Positions 60,623 through 64,000 of a DNA stretch of 64,000 bases are shown in pieces. The stretch is from an uncultured Acidimicrobiia bacterium (GTDB lineage Bacteria > Pseudomonadota > Gammaproteobacteria > GCA-001735895), in assembly GCA_964195315.1 (NCBI GenBank), contig CAXMOZ010000015.1, positions 31,995-95,994 on the forward strand, given 5' to 3'. Each line of letters opens with the position of its first letter. The first letter of the stretch is position 1. The notes beneath the pieces are model-generated. The model did no database searches, was not told the origin of the DNA, and worked only from the letters and a program-made list of their open reading frames with translations. A program made the translations under genes and the position numbers.

Positions 60623-63109
60623 ATGACGAACAAGCAAAAAAATAAAATCACAGCGCTAGTCCCACCTGGTCATGATAGTGACAGTTTGGTGCGCGATTTT
60701 AGGCATTATTTTAATCACACCCTGGGCCGGGCACACTACCAGAGTTCCCCACACTACGAATTTATAGCACTGGCGATAACCCTGCGAGATCGTCTTATGC
60801 ATGCCAGCAACAATACGCGTCTTCTTTATGAGCAGCAGGATAGCCGTAAGGTTTGTTATCTGTCGATGGAATATCTGCTAGGCCGCAGTATGCGCAATGC
60901 TGTGTCAAACCTCGATCTCGACGAATCACTCGCCGATGCACTCAATCAACTCGGGCTGCTTGAAGAAGATTTGCTTGAACAGGAACATGATGCGGGTCTC
61001 GGGAATGGTGGTCTCGGTCGGCTTGCCGCCTGTTTTCTAGATAGTTGTGCCACCCTTGGTTTACCCGTGCTTGGTTATGGCATCCGTTATCAATACGGCA
61101 TGTTTCGTCAGAATATTATCGATGGTAACCAGGTAGAAGAACCGGATTCATGGTTACGCGGTGGTCATCCCTGGGAAATAGAGCGTGCAGAATACGAGCA
61201 GCCCGTGCATTTTGGGGGGCGAGTCGATCACTATTATGACGATGAAGGTCGTCGTCATGCGCGTTGGGTCGATACTCACGATGTGCTAGCGGTACCCTTC
61301 GACATTCCAGTGCCTGGTTATCACAATGGCACGGTGAATACCTTAAGGCTTTGGTCGGCGGTTGCCACCGATGAATTTAACCTCGAAGAATTTAACGCCG
61401 GCAGTTATACCGAAGCGGTTTCGGCTCGAACCGCCGCCGAAAACATTACCATGGTGTTATATCCGAATGATGCCAGTGAGAACGGTAAAGAATTACGTTT
61501 ACGTCAACAGTATTTTCTTGCCTCGGCTAGTTTGAAAGACATCATGCGTCAGTGGGTGAATCGTCATGGTGAAAATTTCGATAATTTTGCCGACAAACAT
61601 TGCTTCCAGTTGAATGATACGCATCCAAGTATCGCAGTTGCAGAGTTGATGCGACTGCTAATTGACGTGTATGGCCTCGAATGGATTCCGGCTTGGCAAA
61701 TTACTAGTCGTTGTATGGCCTATACCAATCACACGCTATTGCCCGAAGCGTTAGAGCGTTGGCCGGTCAGTCTATTCGGACAGCTAGTACCTAGAGTGCT
61801 AGATATTGTTCGCGAAATAAATAGCCGCTTCATCGCCGAAATCGAAGCAAAATGGCCGGGTGATGTTGCGCGACGTGAACGTATGGCAATCATCGAAGAA
61901 GGCCATGAACCGATGGTGCGCATGGCGCATCTTGCCATTGTTGGCAGTTTTTCGGTGAATGGTGTGGCCGCATTACATTCTGAGCTACTAAAGCAGGGAT
62001 TGTTTAAAGACTTTCATGCACTCTGGCCTAAGCGACTCAATAATAAAACGAATGGCGTCACGCAACGTCGCTGGCTTAAAGCCTGCAACCCTGAACTGGC
62101 GAAACTGATTAGTGCCAACATTGGCACCGACTGGGTTACCGATCTCGAGCAACTGAATCAGCTTGCGCCTCTCGCCAAGGATGCAGAGTTTCGAAAATCC
62201 TGGCATTCGATTAAACAAGCCAATAAATTAAAAGTCGCAGCGCTGGTTAAAAAATCCTGTGGTGTCGAGCTCTACACTGATGGTATTTTCGACGTGCAGG
62301 TCAAGCGAATGCACGAATATAAGCGTCAGCTGCTCAATGTGTTACACGTCATCCATTTATTGCAACGCATTCGCCGAGGCGATACTGACAACTGGACCGT
62401 GCGTAATGTCATCATTGGCGGTAAGGCGGCTCCGGGTTATTACATGGCCAAAACCATTGTTAAATTGATCAACAACGTTTCCGACGTGATTAATTCCGAC
62501 CCACGAACCGAAGGTTTACTGCGTTTGGTTTTTCTACCTAACTACAATGTTAGCAGTATGGAAATTATCTGCCCGGGATGTGACCTGTCTGAGCAAATTT
62601 CAACTGCAGGTAAAGAAGCCTCAGGCACCGGTAACATGAAATTTATGATGAATGGCGCACTCACCATTGGCACGCTGGATGGTGCCAATATTGAAATACG
62701 CGACGCGGTTGGTGCGGATAACTTTTTCCTCTGTGGGCTGGACGCAGAGCAAGTTGAAAAAATGCGTGCTGACTATGACCCTGGATTATTTGTCGAAGCT
62801 GACGAAGATCTGCAGGAAGTCATCGAAGTACTGCAAAGTGGTCAGTTTAACCAGTCTGAACCGGGTATTTTTGATCCAGTGATTAATAGTATTCTAAGCC
62901 CGCAGGATGCCTGGATGACCGCCGCTGACTTTACCAGTTTCGTTGCTGCGCAGCGTCGCGTTGATGCTAGTTTCCAGGATCAAAAAAACTGGATTCAAAT
63001 GAGTATATTAAATACAGCCGCTAGTGGTCGTTTCTCTTCTGATCGTACTATTACGCAATATAACGATGATATCTGGCGACTCGAACCCGTGTCACCGGGT
63101 TCAGACTAG
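60623..63109 (+). CDS. glgP: Glycogen/alpha-glucan phosphorylase
   Basis: Motifs …YLSMEYLLGR…, PLP site EASGTGNMKFMMNGALTIGTLDGANIEI. The start was moved from the track's TTG at 60599 to the ATG at 60623 (MTNKQKNKITAL…), giving about 828 aa. Confidence 0.9.
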   Translation: MTNKQKNKITALVPPGHDSDSLVRDFRHYFNHTLGRAHYQSSPHYEFIALAITLRDRLMHASNNTRLLYEQQDSRKVCYLSMEYLLGRSMRNAVSNLDLDESLADALNQLGLLEEDLLEQEHDAGLGNGGLGRLAACFLDSCATLGLPVLGYGIRYQYGMFRQNIIDGNQVEEPDSWLRGGHPWEIERAEYEQPVHFGGRVDHYYDDEGRRHARWVDTHDVLAVPFDIPVPGYHNGTVNTLRLWSAVATDEFNLEEFNAGSYTEAVSARTAAENITMVLYPNDASENGKELRLRQQYFLASASLKDIMRQWVNRHGENFDNFADKHCFQLNDTHPSIAVAELMRLLIDVYGLEWIPAWQITSRCMAYTNHTLLPEALERWPVSLFGQLVPRVLDIVREINSRFIAEIEAKWPGDVARRERMAIIEEGHEPMVRMAHLAIVGSFSVNGVAALHSELLKQGLFKDFHALWPKRLNNKTNGVTQRRWLKACNPELAKLISANIGTDWVTDLEQLNQLAPLAKDAEFRKSWHSIKQANKLKVAALVKKSCGVELYTDGIFDVQVKRMHEYKRQLLNVLHVIHLLQRIRRGDTDNWTVRNVIIGGKAAPGYYMAKTIVKLINNVSDVINSDPRTEGLLRLVFLPNYNVSSMEIICPGCDLSEQISTAGKEASGTGNMKFMMNGALTIGTLDGANIEIRDAVGADNFFLCGLDAEQVEKMRADYDPGLFVEADEDLQEVIEVLQSGQFNQSEPGIFDPVINSILSPQDAWMTAADFTSFVAAQRRVDASFQDQKNWIQMSILNTAASGRFSSDRTITQYNDDIWRLEPVSPGSD

Positions 63110-63120
63110 CCCCACTAAAC

Positions 63121-64000
63121 ATGCCTGAAGCTAAACTGCGCGGCACTCCGCTACCACTGGGTGCCAATTGGGATGGTCATGGTGTCAACTTCGCACTTTT
63201 TTCTGCGCATGCCGAGAGAGTTGAACTGTGCCTGTTCGATACCGATGGCAAGCAGGAGCTTGAACGCATTAAGCTCGAGTTCAGTGACCAAGTTTGGCAC
63301 GTTTATTTACCAGGCTGTGGCCCAGGTACGGTTTACGGCTATCGCGTTTATGGCACCTATGAACCTCAGCAGGGACAGCGCTTCAATGCCAATAAACTGT
63401 TGCTCGACCCCTATGCCAGACAACTCTGTGGGAAGGTTGATTGGCACCCCGCAGTGTATGGGTTCGGTCTTGATGATGAGCAGCAAGATTTAAGTTTTGA
63501 TAGTCGCAATAGTGCGCCTTATGTACCCAAGGCGGTTGTGGTTAATGAAACATTTGATTGGGGTCAGGATAGTCCGCCTCGGGTTAGCTCTGCCCAAACT
63601 GTGATTTACGAAACTCACGTGCGTGGGTTTACTCAATTGAAAACTGACATTGATGCCAACTTACGTGGTAGCTTTGCGGGACTTGCCAGTGATAGCACTA
63701 TCGCCTATTTACAGTCACTGGGTGTCACCACTATCGAGCTGCAACCGGTTCATGCGTTTATCGATGACCATTTTTTAGTCAAACAGGGTTTTTCAAACTA
63801 CTGGGGTTATAACACCATTGGTTTCTTCGCGGCCGAATCGCGTTATCTGTCAAACGGTGATCGTAATGAGTTTAAAGAAATGGTGCGACGATTGCACGAA
63901 GCCGGTCTCGAAGTCATTCTTGATGTGGTTTACAACCATACCGCCGAGGGTAGTGAATTAGGTCCGACCTTGTGCTTTCGAGGTATCGATAATCAAACTT
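63121..64000 (+). CDS. glgX: Glycogen debranching enzyme (isoamylase-type), 5'-partial, runs off the window end
   Basis: Hand translation from the ATG at 63121: MPEAKLRGTPLPLGANWDGHGVNFALFSAHAERVELCLFD… …LDVVYNHTAEGSELGPTLCFRGIDN. This is the typical GlgX N-terminus and GH13 region. It is absent from the ORF track because it is truncated. Confidence 0.85.
   Translation, partial: MPEAKLRGTPLPLGANWDGHGVNFALFSAHAERVELCLFDTDGKQELERIKLEFSDQVWHVYLPGCGPGTVYGYRVYGTYEPQQGQRFNANKLLLDPYARQLCGKVDWHPAVYGFGLDDEQQDLSFDSRNSAPYVPKAVVVNETFDWGQDSPPRVSSAQTVIYETHVRGFTQLKTDIDANLRGSFAGLASDSTIAYLQSLGVTTIELQPVHAFIDDHFLVKQGFSNYWGYNTIGFFAAESRYLSNGDRNEFKEMVRRLHEAGLEVILDVVYNHTAEGSELGPTLCFRGIDNQT

Noticed and set aside
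63161-63493. 110-aa ORF listed in the track near the window end
   Set aside because: It is out of frame relative to the clearly homologous glgX reading frame that starts at 63121. The GlgX frame has continuous family similarity through position 64000.

Overview
This 64-kb window looks like a gammaproteobacterial chromosome segment of roughly mid-40s % GC. The rhlB–trxA–rho, folB/folK–uppP–cca and rpmBG arrangements are core synteny typical of Enterobacterales and Alteromonadales-like genomes. By eye I see no rRNA, tRNA, CRISPR array, integrase or transposase.

The left half (about 1–38.7 kb) reads as an accessory or metabolic region. It contains:
- a DoeB/AstE-family deacylase, an EamA exporter, an AsnC regulator and an ornithine-cyclodeaminase-like enzyme;
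- a LysR-controlled gamma-butyrobetaine-hydroxylase-like dioxygenase with a small membrane protein and a cupin;
- a TTC38-like TPR protein, a MOSC protein, an alpha/beta hydrolase and a GlxA-type AraC regulator;
- an MCP with an unusual C-terminal extension, a CbiX-like protein and aspC;
- a complete peptide/opine-type ABC importer with a Tat-signal binding protein and a fused double ATPase;
- two tandem MFS paralogs and a DedA(TVP38)–amidohydrolase fusion protein;
- a YHS protein, an orphan CobD-like PLP enzyme and VanZ-like membrane proteins;
- mutM, mipA and an ABC-2/GldG/DUF4340 four-gene cluster.

The right half is core. It carries:
- rpmBG, then folB-folK with a convergent hisC-like aminotransferase and a pteridine-reductase-like SDR;
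- a MidA-type methyltransferase, uppP, cca and an NAD-epimerase-family protein;
- rhlB, trxA and rho;
- a hypoxanthine-DNA-glycosylase-like protein, a GFA protein, an aminotransferase and gloA;
- a six-gene glycogen cluster, glgC-pgm-glgA-glgB-glgP-glgX, with glgX truncated at the window end.

Non-coding signals are:
- a three-copy REP-like palindromic repeat family, with two copies overlapping stop codons;
- intrinsic terminators after the ABC binding-protein gene, trxA, rpmG and probably aspC;
- a C-rich, G-poor rho leader;
- a roughly 20-bp-arm near-perfect palindrome in the glgC upstream region.

I did not recognise a classical defence or mobile system. The most unusual candidates are the DedA–amidohydrolase fusion, the partial ectoine-utilisation-like (Doe/Eut) module, the MCP C-terminal domain, the orphan CobD-like gene and the glgC-leader palindrome.
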